NCBI GenBank assembly: GCA_902541215.1 | Contig: CACBPV010000002.1 | Coordinates: 5,775-69,774 of the forward strand | Length of the DNA: 64,000 nucleotides | Source: an uncultured Alphaproteobacteria bacterium | GTDB taxonomy: Bacteria; Pseudomonadota; Alphaproteobacteria; HIMB59; GCA-002718135 | Direction of reading: 5' to 3' | In this document: in pieces, positions 62,428 to 64,000 of the stretch | Position numbering within the stretch: the first letter of the stretch is position 1 | How the letters are laid out: every line of letters starts with the position of its first letter | The notes under the pieces: model-generated | Databases searched by the model: none | What the model saw: only the letters and a program-made list of their open reading frames with translations | What the model was told of the DNA's origin: nothing | Program-made: the position numbers and the translations under genes

Positions 62428-63666
62428 TTAACTACACCATTCTCCTTGTTTAAATATAGGCGTTAAAACTCCATCTTTATCAACACCGTCTACATCTATT
62501 TTGCCTGAGCCAATCATCCAATCTATGTGTATCATGCTTGAGTTACCACCTCTTTCAGTGATTTCTTCTTTTGATAAGTCTTTTTTGGATTTAAAACATT
62601 TTGAGTAACATTGTCCTAAAGCAATATGAGAAGCAGCATTTTCATCAAATAGAGTGTTATAAAAAGTTATTCCTAATTGTGAAATAGGTGAACTATTAGG
62701 AACTAAGGCTACTTCACCAAGTCTTCTTGAACCTTCATCTGAATCAAGAACTTTTAATAAAACATCTTGTCCTTTAGAAGATTTTGCATCAACAATTTTA
62801 CCATCTTCAAAGCGAACATTAATATCTTCAATTAGCGTTCCTTGATAAGATAGAGGTTTGGTCGAGCAGACCTCACCACTTACTCGAGCAGCGTGTGGAG
62901 TTGTGAATACTTCTTCAGATGGAATGTTTGGATTACAAATAACACCATTTTGGGCTTCAGAAGCTCCGCCCATCCACTCATGATCATCAGCTAACCCTAC
63001 TGTTAAAGATGTTCCTGGACCAGAATATTTTAAAGAATGAAAATTTTTAGCGTTTAACCAATCTGTTTTATTTCTTAGGTTTTTATTATGCTTATCCCAT
63101 TCACTTACAGGATCGTCATTGCTAACTCTTGATGCATGAAATATTGCGTCTCCTAATTTTTTAACTGCTTCATTATCATTTAGGTCTGGGAAGACTCTTT
63201 TCGCCCACGCTTTTCCTGGCCACGAAATTATATTCCAGTTAATTTTAAATTCAGTAATTCTCTCTCTTGCTGGTTTGTATGCAACGGCATTAGCTTTATT
63301 TGCACGCGAAACTTTATCGGGATCAATTTCAGATAATAGCATGGGATCATCACCAGCAATAGCCATTCTAGCTGTGTTATTATCAAAAGCTTCACCCATT
63401 CCATTGTAAAGCCAGTTTGCTGCAACATTAAAAGATTCATCATTGCCATACTTAAATCGAGATAGTGTAATATCAGAATCATTGAAGAGTGGTGTCACAA
63501 GTCCTGCGCCTTCTTTATAAGCATATTCAGCTATTTTTCTAACTAAAGGTAAAGACTCTAACGGTGCTGTGATTAAAAGGTTTTGGCCTTTTTGAAGTGC
63601 TACTCCTCTTTTAATGGATAGATATGCAAGTTTATCAATTTTTTTTGAATCTACATCGTAAAACAT
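62428..63666 (-). CDS. Aminopeptidase, M29 (AmpS/PepS) family
   Basis: 412 aa. The overall pattern of thermophilic-metalloprotease M29 aminopeptidases is present (EEVFTTP, ASHIALG blocks). Confidence 0.85.
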   Translation of the reverse strand: MFYDVDSKKIDKLAYLSIKRGVALQKGQNLLITAPLESLPLVRKIAEYAYKEGAGLVTPLFNDSDITLSRFKYGNDESFNVAANWLYNGMGEAFDNNTARMAIAGDDPMLLSEIDPDKVSRANKANAVAYKPARERITEFKINWNIISWPGKAWAKRVFPDLNDNEAVKKLGDAIFHASRVSNDDPVSEWDKHNKNLRNKTDWLNAKNFHSLKYSGPGTSLTVGLADDHEWMGGASEAQNGVICNPNIPSEEVFTTPHAARVSGEVCSTKPLSYQGTLIEDINVRFEDGKIVDAKSSKGQDVLLKVLDSDEGSRRLGEVALVPNSSPISQLGITFYNTLFDENAASHIALGQCYSKCFKSKKDLSKEEITERGGNSSMIHIDWMIGSGKIDVDGVDKDGVLTPIFKQGEWCS

Positions 63667-63802
63667 TAATGATATAATTAGTTTTTAAATTCTAAAAAGT
63701 CTAGAGATTTAATTTTAAAATTTATCTATAATCTTTCCACAAACTCTTGTTTTTTTGCAGATATAAAAATATCAAATCTAAGCAAAAATAGTAAACTGAA
63801 TT

Positions 63803-64000
63803 ATGGATTATGAACTTTTAGATAAAATTAATTTTCCATCTGACTTAAGAGAATTTAAAAAGAAACATCTAAAGCAAATCTCAGAAGAATTAAGAGCTAA
63901 AACAATTGAGACTGTTTCAAAGACTGGTGGTCATCTAGGTGCTGGGTTAGGAGTTGTTGAATTAACTGTAGCAATCCACTATGTCTTTAACACTCCACAT
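63803..64000 (+). CDS. dxs: 1-deoxy-D-xylulose-5-phosphate synthase, N-terminal 66 aa; continues beyond the window
   Basis: My translation is [66 protein letters not shown]. The [17 protein letters not shown] block is the hallmark Dxs N-terminus. Confidence 0.9.
   Translation, partial: MDYELLDKINFPSDLREFKKKHLKQISEELRAKTIETVSKTGGHLGAGLGVVELTVAIHYVFNTPH

Overview
This is a 64-kb, visibly AT-rich (roughly 30% G+C by eye, not computed) and extremely gene-dense piece of core chromosome from a streamlined alphaproteobacterium. The synteny (rplU-rpmA-obg-proBA-nadD-rsfS; atpHAGDC; sdhCDAB-mdh-sucCDAB-lpdA; ffh-rpsP-rimM-trmD-rplS; dapF-mtaB-ftsY; GcrA) and the near absence of spacers fit the SAR11/Pelagibacterales lineage best. 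That assignment is an inference; no search was possible. I call 68 CDS: two are partial at the window edges, and two are small ORFs below the track cutoff. I also call one tRNA-Arg(UCG), one SAM-II/SAM-V-type riboswitch candidate upstream of metX, one leader hairpin upstream of ffh, one in-frame 31-32-nt coding repeat, and one unexplained GC-rich structured non-coding island. Five track ORFs were trimmed to internal starts that match the conserved family N-termini (CM/hisC, proB, priA, DUF484, ffh). I see no transposase, integrase, phage, CRISPR, toxin-antitoxin or recognisable defence gene, so I do not think the window hides a multi-gene accessory system. The items most worth follow-up are: (1) the ~140-nt stem-closed GC-rich element at 41058-41197, in the only long spacer of the window, upstream of the 12-kb TCA-cycle gene string; (2) acidic [12 protein letters not shown]-type tails on ribosomal proteins S16 and L19 that share near-identical DNA, plus a lysine-rich tail on L21; (3) a chorismate mutase-aminotransferase fusion overlapping tyrC; (4) the riboswitch-metX-metW-gloB unit; (5) two gap-filling small ORFs; (6) metY abutting an acyl-CoA ligase gene with no spacer.
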